From Alphaproteobacteria bacterium (GTDB lineage Bacteria; Pseudomonadota; Alphaproteobacteria; SP197): DNA of 64,000 nucleotides. Of the stretch, positions 19,068 to 29,608 are shown one piece after another; the first letter of the stretch is position 1, and each line of letters begins with the position of its first letter. The stretch is taken from NCBI GenBank assembly GCA_964291415.2, contig OZ219917.1, forward strand, positions 512,001 through 576,000, written 5' to 3'. The notes under the pieces were generated by a model. It did no database searches. It had not been told where the DNA came from and worked only from the letters and a program-made list of their open reading frames with translations. Both the position numbers and the translations under genes were made by a program.

Positions 19068-20708
19068 TCACATGTTGGGGTAGTTCGGGCCGCCGCCGCC
19101 TTCCGGCGTCACCCAGACGATGTTCTGTGTCGGATCCTTGATGTCGCATGTCTTGCAGTGCACGCAGTTCTGCGCGTTGATCTGCAGCCTTGCCCCGTCG
19201 TCATCCTCGATGATCTCGTAGACTCCGGCCGGACAGTAGCGTTGTTCGGGGGCATCGTAGAGGGCGAGATTGATGTCGACCGGCACGCTGGCATCCTTGA
19301 GGGTGAGATGGACGGGCTGGTCCTCCTCGTGGTTCGTCGATGACAGGTACACCGAACTCGCACGATCGAAAGTGATCTCGCCGTCGGGCGGGGGATAGTC
19401 GATCGCCTGGCAGGCATTCTTCGGCTTGAGGGATTCGTGATCCGGACGATGCCGGAACGTCCAGGGCGCCCGTCCCCTCAGGATCACCGTGTCGATGGCG
19501 GAATAGAGGAAACCCTGGACGAAACCGCCGTGAAAGCTCGGCCTGATGTTGCGCACGCGGTAGAGTTCGTCCCACAGCCAGGTCTGGCGCAGGCGTTCGC
19601 CATAGGCGAGGACTTCAGCACCTCCTTCTGTCTCGCCGGCGAGACAGTCGAACACCGCCTCGGCTGCGGTCATGCCACTCTTCATGGCCGTGTGGCTGCC
19701 CTTGATCTTCGGCACGTTGAGAAAGCCGGCCGCACAGCCGATCAGCATGCCACCGGGGAAGGTGAGGCGTGGAATCGACTGGAAGCCGCCCTCGTTGATG
19801 GCGCGGGCGCCATAGGCAATGCGTTTGCCACCCTCGAAGAAGGGGCGGATCGCCGGGTGTGTCTTGAACCGCTGGAATTCGTCGAAGGGCGAGAGCCAGG
19901 GGTTCTCGTAGTCGAGGCCGACGACGAAGCCGACGGCGATCTGGTTGTCGTCGAGGTGATAGAGAAAGGATCCGCCGTAGGTCCTGCCATCCATGGGCCA
20001 GCCGGCGGTATGGATGACCGTGCCCGGCTCGTGCCTTTCCGGGTCGACCTCCCACAACTCCTTGATTCCGATTCCGTATGTCTGCGGCTGGACGCCCTCA
20101 CGCAGGCCGAAGCGATCCATCAGCTGTCGGGAGAGGTGCCCGCGGCACCCCTCGGCAAAGAGAACCTGCCTGGCATGAAGTTCGATACCGGGCTCGTACG
20201 TGTCCTTCGGCTTGCCGTCGCGGCCGATCCCCATGTCGCCGGTTGCCACACCCTTCACGGAGCCGTCATCGTGGAACAGGACCTCGGCGGCGGCAAAGCC
20301 GGGGAAGATCGCCACGCCCAGGGCTTCCGCCTCGCCGGCCAGCCAGCGGCAGACATTGCCAAGCGAGATGATGTAGTTGCCGTGGTTCGCCATCTGCGGG
20401 GGTGTCGGCAGGCGAACCGCGCGCTTTTCGGTGAGATAGAGGAACCGGTCCTTCTTCACCGGTGTCAGCAGAGGTGCCCCGCGTTCCTTCCAGTCGGGAA
20501 TGAGCTCGTTGATCGCCCGCGGCTCCATGACCGCGCCCGACAGGATGTGCGCACCGACTTCGGATCCCTTCTCGAGAACGCAGACCGAGACGTCCTCTCC
20601 CGCTTCTTCGGCCAGCTGTGCAAGGCGGATGGCTGCGGCCAGACCTGCAGGTCCGGCGCCCACGATCACGACATCGAACTCCATGCTCTCGCGTTCGCGC
20701 TGTTCCAT
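19068..20708 (-). CDS. etfD: Electron transfer flavoprotein-ubiquinone oxidoreductase
   Basis: [32 protein letters not shown] and [20 protein letters not shown] (4Fe-4S). Confidence 0.95.
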   Translation of the reverse strand: MEQRERESMEFDVVIVGAGPAGLAAAIRLAQLAEEAGEDVSVCVLEKGSEVGAHILSGAVMEPRAINELIPDWKERGAPLLTPVKKDRFLYLTEKRAVRLPTPPQMANHGNYIISLGNVCRWLAGEAEALGVAIFPGFAAAEVLFHDDGSVKGVATGDMGIGRDGKPKDTYEPGIELHARQVLFAEGCRGHLSRQLMDRFGLREGVQPQTYGIGIKELWEVDPERHEPGTVIHTAGWPMDGRTYGGSFLYHLDDNQIAVGFVVGLDYENPWLSPFDEFQRFKTHPAIRPFFEGGKRIAYGARAINEGGFQSIPRLTFPGGMLIGCAAGFLNVPKIKGSHTAMKSGMTAAEAVFDCLAGETEGGAEVLAYGERLRQTWLWDELYRVRNIRPSFHGGFVQGFLYSAIDTVILRGRAPWTFRHRPDHESLKPKNACQAIDYPPPDGEITFDRASSVYLSSTNHEEDQPVHLTLKDASVPVDINLALYDAPEQRYCPAGVYEIIEDDDGARLQINAQNCVHCKTCDIKDPTQNIVWVTPEGGGGPNYPNM

Positions 20709-20797
20709 TTCGTCCTTCAGTGCGCTGTCATTCCAGTTCTCTTAACCGACGGTGATATTCGTTACAATGCCGCCGGACGTTCGACGAGCGGAGCGCC

Positions 20798-21595
20798 ATG
20801 GATCGCGAGGAAGCCCGCAGATTGCTGAACTGGTATGTCGCAATAGGCGTCGACGAAGCGACCACCGCGGTGGCGGTCGACCGCTTCGTTGTTCCTCCGG
20901 CGCCGGCTCCCGTCCGAACGGCACCCGCGAGAGGACCGCAGGTCCCGACCCGACCGGCTGCTGCCCCCGAGGACGCCAGGACCCTGGCGGCCAGCGCCTC
21001 CAGTCTTGAGGAACTGGTCGGAATCATCAACGCGTTCGATGGATGCCCGCTCAAGCGCACGGCCACCACGACCTGCATCGCCGACGGCAATGCGCAAGCG
21101 TCCATCATGATCATCGGTGAAGCCCCCGGGGCCGAAGAGGACCGCCAGGGCAAACCCTTCGTCGGCCCGGCCGGAAAGCTCCTTGACCGGATGCTGGCCG
21201 CGATCGGCCTCGACAGAACCCATGTCTACATCACCAACACCCTCTACTGGCGCCCGCCCGGAAACCGCACGCCCACGCCTGCGGAGATTGCGGTGTGCCT
21301 CCCCTTTCTCGAAAGGCAGGTGGAGCTCCTGGCGCCCAGACTTCTCGTCTACGCCGGAGGGACAGCGGTGCGGGCCATGTTCGATACGGCTCCAGGCGAA
21401 GGCATCACACGGCTTCGCGGACGCTGGCTGCGCCTCGAGCGCGAAGGCAGGGAGCCTGTGCCGGCCATCGCCATGTTCCACCCGGCCTATCTGTTGCGCC
21501 AGCCCCTCAAGAAGCGCGAGAGCTGGCGCGACCTTCTCGCCATACGAGAGCGCATGGACGAACTCGGGATCGCACCCGGAATGCCGAAGGCCTGA
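20798..21595 (+). CDS. Uracil-DNA glycosylase family 4
   Basis: GEAPGAEEDRQGKPFVG, WRPPGNRTP and FHPAYLLR. Confidence 0.93.
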   Translation: MDREEARRLLNWYVAIGVDEATTAVAVDRFVVPPAPAPVRTAPARGPQVPTRPAAAPEDARTLAASASSLEELVGIINAFDGCPLKRTATTTCIADGNAQASIMIIGEAPGAEEDRQGKPFVGPAGKLLDRMLAAIGLDRTHVYITNTLYWRPPGNRTPTPAEIAVCLPFLERQVELLAPRLLVYAGGTAVRAMFDTAPGEGITRLRGRWLRLEREGREPVPAIAMFHPAYLLRQPLKKRESWRDLLAIRERMDELGIAPGMPKA

Positions 21596-21608
21596 CGGCA
21601 TCTGACCG

Positions 21609-23447
21609 ATGGCGAAATCCCGTCTCCACGCCGGAGTATCCGGCGCCCTGCGCCTGCTCGTGGCGGGTGTCGTGATCGTGTGGGCTCACGGCGCATCGGC
21701 CCTTGACCTGCCTCCCCTGCCCTCCCTCAAGCCGGTCCCGCCGGTCAACGTCAGCGCGGTACCCCTGCCGGGTGTGCGGCCGGAGGCCCCCGAACGTGAC
21801 CCCTGGCGGATTCTCGACGATGTGGACCAGGAGATCTATCGCCGCATCTTTGCTGTCCAGGAAAGCGCCGACTGGAGAGAAGCCGACCGGCTGATCACCC
21901 GCTTGAGGGATCCGGTCCTGATGGGCCACGTTCTCGCCCAGCGCTATCTCCATCCGACAGGATGGATCTCGACCTTCGACGAATTGCGAACCTGGCTCGA
22001 ATCCTGGGCCGACCATCCGGACGCCCGGCGCATCCACGCCCTGGCGTTGAGACGCCAGCCGGCAGGAGCGGCGCCCCCCGCGGCTCCCGCCGCGAGGTGG
22101 GGGGATCCGGATATCGCAACCGTGACCATCGCGACCGGCTCGGCCGCCCTTTTGTCAACGGACCCCGATGACGGGCTCACCTCCGGTGAAAGCGACTTCC
22201 TGAAGCAGATACGCCGCGATGTCCGGAATGGTCGCCTCGGGGTTGCATGGTCGCGGCTGAGCGATACCGAGGCTCTTGCCGGCGCCGGATTGCTCGCCAT
22301 CGACATGGCGGCGGCGGAGATCGCCTTCGGTTACTTCATTCATGGCGATGACGCCCTTGCTCTCGATATCGCCACCACGGCCCTTCATCGATCGGGACAC
22401 CTGGTTCCCCTGGCCGGCTGGACCGCAGGACTGGCTGCCTGGCGCTCCGGTCGTCCGCACACGGCGCGCTCGATGATGCTGGTGGCCTCCCAGGGAGATC
22501 CTGCCAACCCGTTGGTGACCGCCAGTGCCTGGTGGGCGGCAAGACTGTCCCTGCTGACGGGGGAGCCGGGCGATATCGGCTATCTTCTCGGCATTGCGGC
22601 GCACCGGCCCTACACGCTCTACGGACTTCTCGCCCGGCATGCCCTGGGAATGGACGAAGATCTCGTCAACGATCCCCTTCCGCTGGTGTCTGACGACGGA
22701 GTGACGGCACTGTTGAAGAAACCCGCCATGCGCCGGGCCCTGGCGCTTGCCGAGGTGGGTCAGCACCACCGGGGAGACCGGGAACTGCGGGGACTCGGCG
22801 TCCGTCGTCACCCGGCTGCGGCCTCCGCCATCCTGGCCATGGCGGAGCGCATGCCGTTTCCGGCGACGCGGTACCGGCTGTCCCGGGAGTTCCTGATGCT
22901 CCACGCCGCACGACTCGATGACGCCCTCTTCCCGCTTCCGCCTTGGGAACCCGAGGAAGGATTCACCGTCGAGCCGGCACTGATGTATGCCCTCATGCGC
23001 CAGGAGTCGCGTTTTCGGGCCCGCACGGTCAGCCGTGCCGGAGCCCGGGGGATCCTGCAGATCATGCCGGCCACGGCAGCCTGGATTGCCGGTGATTCCG
23101 GCCTTGCGGGCGCCGGGAGGTATCGTCTCGATGATCCTGGAGTCTCCGTCGACCTGGGGGAGAGATATGTCCGCTACCTGCTCGATCTGCCGGATATCGA
23201 CGGCAGTCTCTTCCTCGTGCTTGCCGCCTACAACGGAGGTCCGGCGAGACTGGCGAGACGGTTGAATGACGTAAGCCCGCTGGCCGATCCTCTTCTTTTC
23301 GTGGAGTCCTATCCCTCTCGCGAGACCCGTTCCTTTCTCAGGAGCGTGATGGCAGACTACTGGATCTACACCAGGAGACTGGGATACGAACCGGCGTCGC
23401 TGGCCGCGCTGGCGGCCGGAGACTGGCCCCTCTATGGAGATTCCTGA
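21609..23447 (+). CDS. Lytic murein transglycosylase (SLT domain)
   Basis: RQESRF, GARGILQIMPATA, AAYNGGP and ETRSF; signal peptide. Confidence 0.9.
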   Translation: MAKSRLHAGVSGALRLLVAGVVIVWAHGASALDLPPLPSLKPVPPVNVSAVPLPGVRPEAPERDPWRILDDVDQEIYRRIFAVQESADWREADRLITRLRDPVLMGHVLAQRYLHPTGWISTFDELRTWLESWADHPDARRIHALALRRQPAGAAPPAAPAARWGDPDIATVTIATGSAALLSTDPDDGLTSGESDFLKQIRRDVRNGRLGVAWSRLSDTEALAGAGLLAIDMAAAEIAFGYFIHGDDALALDIATTALHRSGHLVPLAGWTAGLAAWRSGRPHTARSMMLVASQGDPANPLVTASAWWAARLSLLTGEPGDIGYLLGIAAHRPYTLYGLLARHALGMDEDLVNDPLPLVSDDGVTALLKKPAMRRALALAEVGQHHRGDRELRGLGVRRHPAAASAILAMAERMPFPATRYRLSREFLMLHAARLDDALFPLPPWEPEEGFTVEPALMYALMRQESRFRARTVSRAGARGILQIMPATAAWIAGDSGLAGAGRYRLDDPGVSVDLGERYVRYLLDLPDIDGSLFLVLAAYNGGPARLARRLNDVSPLADPLLFVESYPSRETRSFLRSVMADYWIYTRRLGYEPASLAALAAGDWPLYGDS

Positions 23448-23448
23448 C

Positions 23449-24003
23449 ATGCCCGGAATCGACGACAGCAAGCCGTTCCTCGCGGTCCGGATCGCCGTCC
23501 TGACGGTCTCCGACAGCCGTTCCCTCGATGACGACCGGTCGGGCGCCGTTCTCGTCGAACGCGTCGAGGCGGCGGGTCACGAGGTGGCCGACCGCCGCAT
23601 TGTCACCGACGATGTGGCCTCGATCGTCGAAATCCTCCGGTCGTGGATCGACGATTCCGGCGTCGACGTCGTGATCGCCACGGGAGGCACCGGGGTCACC
23701 GGCCGCGACGTCACCCCCGAAGCCTTCGACGAGGTCTGCGAGAAGGCGATTCCCGGATTTGGCGAGCTCTTCCGCTGGCTCTCGTTCCACAAGATCGGCA
23801 CCTCGACGATCCAGTCCCGGGCTACGGCCGGCGTCGCTGGCGGCACCTATCTCTTTGCCCTGCCGGGTTCGCCCGGCGCCTGCAGGGACGCGTGGGACGA
23901 CATCCTGGTCCACCAGCTCGACTACCGCTTCGGCCCCTGCAACTTCGTCGAACTCATGCCCCGCCTGCTCGAGACAGGCCGCGCCGCGGCGAGAGGCTCC
24001 TGA
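23449..24003 (+). CDS. moaB: Molybdenum cofactor biosynthesis protein B
   Basis: [40 protein letters not shown] and PCNFVE. Confidence 0.93.
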   Translation: MPGIDDSKPFLAVRIAVLTVSDSRSLDDDRSGAVLVERVEAAGHEVADRRIVTDDVASIVEILRSWIDDSGVDVVIATGGTGVTGRDVTPEAFDEVCEKAIPGFGELFRWLSFHKIGTSTIQSRATAGVAGGTYLFALPGSPGACRDAWDDILVHQLDYRFGPCNFVELMPRLLETGRAAARGS

Positions 24004-24059
24004 AAGACCCTGCGGCCGGCGGGCGTCCTTGTCCATATCCCGCACGGGCCGGGCGTGAC

Positions 24060-24138
24060 TCGACACGCCGCCCGATCCGGCGTGGAACAATGCGTGCGGC
24101 GCGCCACGCGCGATGGAACACGCCATGGCTGAGGCTGA
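24060..24138 (+). pseudogene. 3'-end remnant of a phytanoyl-CoA dioxygenase paralog
   Basis: DTPPDPAWNNA.G...ME.A aligns with the C-terminus DTPPEPAWNNARG..MDDA of 25825-26703 (nt 26618-26703). Confidence 0.75.
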
Positions 24139-24203
24139 CCTGAACAGCCGAGCCGGCTACAATGAATCCGATGAGAGCAACAACTGAAGAGAGGGAGGTT
24201 CCA

Positions 24204-25370
24204 ATGACATTGAAGCCATTGATGGAGACGACCCGTTTCCACGACCTGTTGTGCGAAGGCAAACTCAACCGCCGTGATGCCCACCGCGTCATGGCGAGCT
24301 TCGGTATCGGCACTCTGACCGCCCACTCCCTGGGAGGAAGCGCGCTCGCCCAGGAAGCCGACGAGGACCATCCCATATTCTTCACCTGGGGCGGCTATGA
24401 CGAGCCGGAATTCATGGTCCATTACACCGCGAAGTACGGCCGCGAGCCGAACTACCACTTCTTCTCCGACGAAGACGACGCCTTTGCCAAGATGAGGGGC
24501 GGCTACAATCCGCACGTGACCTATCCGTGCGGCCCCTCGCTCAAGCGCTGGTACGATGCGGGCTTTCTGGCGCCGATCGAGACCGACCGGCTTTCCAACT
24601 GGCCCGACGTCATGCAGGTCTTCAAGGACGTGCCCCACTCGGTGGTGGACGGCGTCAGGGTCTATGTGCCGGAGGACTGGGGCCAGACCTCGATGGTCAT
24701 CCGCACCGACGTCGCGCCGGAGTATGCTGATCCCGAGAACCAGACATGGAAAGCGTTGTGGGACGAGAATTATGCCGGCCGCGTCTCGATCTCCAACTCT
24801 TCCTACGAGGCTTTCGCCATCGCGGCCCTCGTCCTGGGTATCAGCCCCTGGAACATGAACGAGGCCGAACGCATCCAGTGCGAGGATCTCCTGCGCAAAC
24901 AGATTCCGCTCAACCGTGTGATCGGGGCCTCGTTCACGGAGCGTGTGCAGGCGGTGGCAGCGGGTGAAGTCGTGATATCGACGAACGACAACGGTGCCGT
25001 TGCGGAGCTTGCGACGCATGCCGAAGGCGGCAGCTTCGAATTCACGTGGGCCACGCCCAAAGAAGGTGCGATCACGTGGCATTGCGGCCTGTGCATCCAT
25101 CCCGCCGCGATCACCGACGGCTTCTACGAGAAGGCGCACGACATCATCGACTCCTTCATTTCGCCCGAAGCCGGCGCCTACGAGATCGGCAACTGGTACT
25201 ACGGGCACTCCAACGTGAAGTCCTACGATGGGTTCGATGAGGAGTTCCTCAACTCGATCGGTCAGACCAAGTACGTCGAGGAGTTTCTCGCAACCGCCCA
25301 GTTCCAGCAGACGATGAACGAGCCGGACGTGCTTGCCACCCGTTGGGAAGAGCTGAAGGCCGGGTTCTGA
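24204..25370 (+). CDS. PotD/PotF-like polyamine ABC substrate-binding protein, copy 1 (Tat-like signal)
   Basis: NRRD twin-arginine leader, FTWGGYD, PIETDRLSNW, VPEDWG and PKEGAITW; GGAGG RBS. Confidence 0.85.
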   Translation: MTLKPLMETTRFHDLLCEGKLNRRDAHRVMASFGIGTLTAHSLGGSALAQEADEDHPIFFTWGGYDEPEFMVHYTAKYGREPNYHFFSDEDDAFAKMRGGYNPHVTYPCGPSLKRWYDAGFLAPIETDRLSNWPDVMQVFKDVPHSVVDGVRVYVPEDWGQTSMVIRTDVAPEYADPENQTWKALWDENYAGRVSISNSSYEAFAIAALVLGISPWNMNEAERIQCEDLLRKQIPLNRVIGASFTERVQAVAAGEVVISTNDNGAVAELATHAEGGSFEFTWATPKEGAITWHCGLCIHPAAITDGFYEKAHDIIDSFISPEAGAYEIGNWYYGHSNVKSYDGFDEEFLNSIGQTKYVEEFLATAQFQQTMNEPDVLATRWEELKAGF

Positions 25371-25394
25371 GCCGCCCGTTCGCGGATGACTGCA

Positions 25395-25425
25395 ATCGGC
25401 CCGGCACCGGTGATGCCGGGCCGAT
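25395..25425 (+). terminator. GC-rich stem-loop after SBP copy 1
   Basis: ATCGGCCCGGCA-CCGGTGA-TGCCGGGCCGAT; U-tract weak. Confidence 0.55.
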
Positions 25426-25824
25426 AGCCTTGTTGTCCTGCCGGCTGTCATGCGGTGCGTGCATGACCGCGCCATGTTCAATGAAGATCGATCACGGCAT
25501 CGCCACCTGAGCCTGCGGTGCGGCGGGTGCGCCATTCGAAGACACCGAGGACGACGGATCCTCTCACCCCTGCAACCTGAGCGGCCAGTGGGCCTCGCCG
25601 GCTCTTCGGTTCGCACGCGCCTCCGCGACATGACGCAGACCGGGAGCAAGGCAGTGCTCGAGTCCGGCATCGGGCACTGGTGACGGCCGTTGTGACGATG
25701 CCGCGCAATGAGGCTGGGTCTCGAACGCTCGAGGGTTGACGAATTTGGCGATTGTCCGCCAAGGGTCCGGATTGGTATGCTTTCGGCCTGCACGTCACCA
25801 CAGGCAGTGAGTTACGGAGAGTCG

Positions 25825-26703
25825 ATGCCGCTGAGTTACTTCGATCGATCCGCCGACCCCGAGGCCATCAAGATGACCCTCAGCCGCGACGGCGTGGTGG
25901 CCGTGACGAACCTGGTCGACCAGGAACTGGCCGATGCCGTGGCCGCCGAACTGCGGCCAGAACTCGATGCCAGAGGTCTTGAGACGGCCAGTGCCTTCAA
26001 CGGTGATCTGACCAATCGCTACGGCGGTGTGCTGCGGACAGCGCCAAGTGCTGCCGCGCTGGTCGAGCATGACCTGGTGATCGACATCGCTAACCACGTC
26101 TTCCTGCCCCATGCCGCGACATACCGGATCAGCAGCCTGACGGCGATCGAGGTCATGCCCGGCGAAACCCACCAGGCGCTTCATCGCGACGATACGGTCT
26201 ATCCGATCGATATCGCCGGCATGGAAATGACCCTGGGCGTGATGTGGTCACTGAGTGATTTCACCGAACAGAACGGTGGCACGCGGGTGGTCCCCAACAG
26301 CCATCGCCTGCTGCGCTCGTGGCACATTCCGGATTTGTCGAACTGGGAGTCCACGGTGATGCCGAAGGGATCGGCGGTCTTCTACCTCGGTTCGACCTGG
26401 CATGGCGCCGGAGCCAACCGAAGCGATACGCCACGCCTGGGTCTGGTCAACAGCTACTGCCTGGGATGGTTGCGCCCGGAGGTCAATCAGTACCTGATCA
26501 CGCCGCCCGAGGTGGCGGTGCAGTACAGTTCCCGCGTACGCGCGCTGCTCGGCTACATGGCGCACGACTCGGGCGACGACCGGTGCGGCAGTCACCGCGG
26601 CGACTGCCCGGCCTGGGTCGACACGCCGCCTGAGCCGGCCTGGAACAATGCGCGTGGCACGGTGGGCACGATGGATGACGCCAGGGCGCAGGGCGGAGGC
26701 TGA
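25825..26703 (+). CDS. Phytanoyl-CoA dioxygenase (PhyH) family Fe(II)/2-oxoglutarate oxygenase
   Basis: QALHRDD (HxD), DFTEQNGGTRVVPNSH, WHGAGAN, and R..YCLGWLRPE. Confidence 0.88.
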   Translation: MPLSYFDRSADPEAIKMTLSRDGVVAVTNLVDQELADAVAAELRPELDARGLETASAFNGDLTNRYGGVLRTAPSAAALVEHDLVIDIANHVFLPHAATYRISSLTAIEVMPGETHQALHRDDTVYPIDIAGMEMTLGVMWSLSDFTEQNGGTRVVPNSHRLLRSWHIPDLSNWESTVMPKGSAVFYLGSTWHGAGANRSDTPRLGLVNSYCLGWLRPEVNQYLITPPEVAVQYSSRVRALLGYMAHDSGDDRCGSHRGDCPAWVDTPPEPAWNNARGTVGTMDDARAQGGG

Positions 26704-26768
26704 CCTGATCAGCCGCGCCAACCATGATGAACCCGTTGAGACCAACTAATGAGAAAGGGGAGGTTCTT

Positions 26769-27935
26769 ATGACGTTGAAGCCACTGATGGAGACGACCCG
26801 TTTCCACGACCTGTTGTGCGAAGGCAAACTCAACCGACGTGATGCCCACCGTGTCATGGCGACCTTCGGTATCGGCACTGTGACCGCGCACACCCTGGGA
26901 GGGGGTGCGCTGGCCCAGGAAGCCGACGAGGATCACCCGATCTTCTTCACCTGGGGAGGCTATGACGAACCGGAGTTCATGGTTCACTACACCGCGAAGT
27001 ACGGCCGCGAGCCGAACTACCATTTGTTCGCCTCCGAGGACGAGGCCTTTGCCAAGATGTGGGGCGGCTTCGAGCCACACGTAACCTACCCGTGCGGTCC
27101 CTCGCTCGCGCTCTGGTACGACGCGGGCCTTCTCGCGCCGATCGAAACCGACCGGCTTTCCAACTGGCCCGACGTCATGCAGGTCTTCAAGGATGTGGCC
27201 GACTCGGTGGTGGACGGCGTCAGGGTCTATGTGCCGGAGGACTGGGGCCAGACCTCGATGGTCATCCGCACCGACCTCGCACCGGAGTACGCTGATCCCG
27301 CAAACCAGACATGGGAAGCGTTGTGGAACGAGAAGTATGCAGGCCGCCTCTCGATCTCCAACCACTCCTACGAAGCCTTCGCGATCGCGGCTCTCGTCCT
27401 GGGTATCAGCCCCTGGGACATGAACGAGGCCGAACGCATCCAGTGCGAGGATCTCCTGCGCAAGCAGATGCCGCTCAACCGCGGGCTCGAGTCCTCGTCC
27501 ACGGAGCGTAGCCAGGCAGTGGCAGCGGGCGAACTCGTGATATCGACGAACGACAACGGAATCGTCGCACAGCTCGCGGCGCATGCCGAAGATACCCCGA
27601 TGGAGTTCGCCTGGGCCACGCCCAGGGAGGGTGCACTCACGTGGCATTGCGGCCTGTGCATCCATCCCGCCGCGATCAGGGACGGCTTCTACGAGAAGGC
27701 GCACGAGATCATCGACTCCTTCATTTCGCCCGAAGCCGGCGCCTACGAGATCGGCAACTGGTACTACGGGCATTCCAACGTGAAGTCCTACGAGGGGTTC
27801 ACCGAGGAGTTCCTCAATTCGATCGGTCAGACCAAGCGCGTCGAGGAGTTCCTCGCGACCGCCCAGTTCCAGCAGACGATGAACGAGCCGGAGGTGCTCG
27901 CCAATCGTTGGGAAGAGCTGAAGGCCGGGTTCTGA
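26769..27935 (+). CDS. PotD/PotF-like polyamine ABC substrate-binding protein, copy 2
   Basis: Same length as and closely paralogous to 24204-25370. Confidence 0.85.
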   Translation: MTLKPLMETTRFHDLLCEGKLNRRDAHRVMATFGIGTVTAHTLGGGALAQEADEDHPIFFTWGGYDEPEFMVHYTAKYGREPNYHLFASEDEAFAKMWGGFEPHVTYPCGPSLALWYDAGLLAPIETDRLSNWPDVMQVFKDVADSVVDGVRVYVPEDWGQTSMVIRTDLAPEYADPANQTWEALWNEKYAGRLSISNHSYEAFAIAALVLGISPWDMNEAERIQCEDLLRKQMPLNRGLESSSTERSQAVAAGELVISTNDNGIVAQLAAHAEDTPMEFAWATPREGALTWHCGLCIHPAAIRDGFYEKAHEIIDSFISPEAGAYEIGNWYYGHSNVKSYEGFTEEFLNSIGQTKRVEEFLATAQFQQTMNEPEVLANRWEELKAGF

Positions 27936-27974
27936 TCTTTCGGCTCGCTTGACCGACCCTGAGGTGCGCAGTCA

Positions 27975-27999
27975 GGCCCGGCACCGGTGGTGCCGGGCC
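27975..27999 (+). terminator. GC-rich stem-loop after SBP copy 2
   Basis: GGCCCGGCAC-CGGTG-GTGCCGGGCC, homologous to 25395-25425. Confidence 0.5.
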
Positions 28000-28338
28000 G
28001 ATGGCTCCCTGCCTTGGGGCGAGATCCGTCCCCTGTCTGCCGCCATGCGGCGCGAACTTCGCCACGCCTGATCCTGCGTGTTGAGCGAAAACGTCGGGAA
28101 AGACGGATCCTCTCACCGCACGACCGGAACAGCGAGTGTGCCTCACCGGTTCCTCGGCTCGCGGATACGCCGTGCGATGGCATGGATCGGATGGCAGGCA
28201 GGACGTCGTCGCCTTCGAGTCCGGCGCCGGGAACCGGTGATCGGCGATGTGATGACGATGCGCAAGGCGGCAGGGCCCCGGCCGACAACGCCCGGTGGCT
28301 TCCTTTGGGAATTGTATACGAAACTTGACAGAATAGAC

Positions 28339-28367
28339 TTGACATCCAGTGGTGTTATCGATATGAA
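28339..28367 (+). promoter_or_regulatory. Candidate sigma70 promoter for tnpB
   Basis: TTGACA (28339-28344), 17-nt spacer, TATGAA; AT-rich; a second TTGACA lies in the TIR. Confidence 0.4.
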
Positions 28368-28408
28368 TTCGTTTGTTAAATCAGTGTTCTCAACACCGGA
28401 GTCCCCGC

Positions 28409-29608
28409 ATGTCGTCCTCTGTCACCTATCGACAGATCACCTTTCGCCTGCTGCCCGAGAAACGCAGCACCTGGCGGCGGCTGGAGGCCATGCTCGACGC
28501 TGAGCGCTGTCTCTACAACGCGGCGCTGGAAGAACGGATCGACTGCTACCGGAAGACCGGCAAGTCACTCACCTACTTCGATCAGGCGAAGTCCCTGACC
28601 GTGTGCCGCAAGACCCTGCCGGACATGGCGGCGGTGCCGGTGGCCATTCAGCGTGGGACGCTCAAGCGCCTCGATCATGCCTTCAAGGGTTTCTTCCAGC
28701 GGGTGAAGCAGGGTGGGGCCGGGTTCCCCCGGTTCCAGGGACGCCGGCACTTCAACAGCCTTTCCGTGGTCTCCGGCGTCAGGGTCGAGGGCAATCGCCT
28801 GCGCATCCCCGGCCTGGGCTGGCTGACCATCCGCCGCCGGGGCGGCAATCCCTGGCCGCAGGGCACGCCGGTGAGTGCGGTCCTCAAGCGCGAGGAGGGA
28901 CGCTGGAAGGCGGTGGTATGCCATGCGGTGTCGCTGCCGGAATCCGACGACAACGGCCATGCGGTCGGCGTGGACATGAATGCGGGCCAGGTGGCGACCT
29001 CGGACGGGGAGATCCTGCGCCTGGAGAGGAGCCGTCGTCTCAAGGCTCGCGCCCGGCGCTACGCCAAGCAACTGGCGCGGCAGCGCCGTGGCAGCAGGCG
29101 GCGGGAGAAGACGCGGCGGCGTCTGGCGAAGACCACCCGGCACATGGCCATGAAGCGCCATGACTGGCAGCACCACGTCAGCCGCCGGTTGGCGGATGCG
29201 GCGGGGACGGTGGTGGTCGAGGATCTGAAGGTCCGCAACATGACCCGCAGCGCCGGGGGCACGAAGGAGGAGCCGGGACGCCACGTGCGCTCCAAGGCGG
29301 GTCTCAACCGCGTCATCCTGGAGACGGGCTGGTCGTCGTTCCGGAGAATGCTGGACTACAAGGCTTGCCGCGTCATCGCGGTGAACCCGGCCTACAGCAG
29401 TCAAACCTGTGCAGCGTGCGGCGTCACAAGCGCCCAATCACGCAGGACGCGGGACCTGTTTCAATGCGTGGCGTGCGGCCATGCGGATCACGCCGACCTC
29501 AATGCAGCGGCGAACATTCTGGCCTCGGGGACTGAGGCATCTGCGCGGGGAGGTTGCCGGGTTGCCGGGCCTGCGAACCGCGAAATCGATCGGAAGATGG
29601 CAGCATGA
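28409..29608 (+). CDS. tnpB: TnpB RNA-guided endonuclease (IS200/IS605 OrfB family), 399 aa
   Basis: N-terminal FRLLP/LYNAALEER; GFPRFQ; RuvC I VGVDMN, RuvC II VVVEDL, Zn ribbon CAACG..CVACG, RuvC III HADLNAAANI. Confidence 0.95.
   Translation: MSSSVTYRQITFRLLPEKRSTWRRLEAMLDAERCLYNAALEERIDCYRKTGKSLTYFDQAKSLTVCRKTLPDMAAVPVAIQRGTLKRLDHAFKGFFQRVKQGGAGFPRFQGRRHFNSLSVVSGVRVEGNRLRIPGLGWLTIRRRGGNPWPQGTPVSAVLKREEGRWKAVVCHAVSLPESDDNGHAVGVDMNAGQVATSDGEILRLERSRRLKARARRYAKQLARQRRGSRRREKTRRRLAKTTRHMAMKRHDWQHHVSRRLADAAGTVVVEDLKVRNMTRSAGGTKEEPGRHVRSKAGLNRVILETGWSSFRRMLDYKACRVIAVNPAYSSQTCAACGVTSAQSRRTRDLFQCVACGHADHADLNAAANILASGTEASARGGCRVAGPANREIDRKMAA

Larger units (their letters stand above)
24060..28266 (+). 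repeat. Diverged tandem duplication, copies ~24060-25710 and ~26618-28266
   Basis: Both copies contain the phyH 3' end, the spacer, the SBP gene, the hairpin and the downstream motif GACGGATCCTCTCACC. Confidence 0.85.

Noticed and set aside
28078-28503. ORF upstream of tnpB as a possible tnpA
   Set aside because: No HUH/Y1, serine-recombinase or DDE motifs; it crosses the element boundary and the duplicated intergenic DNA.
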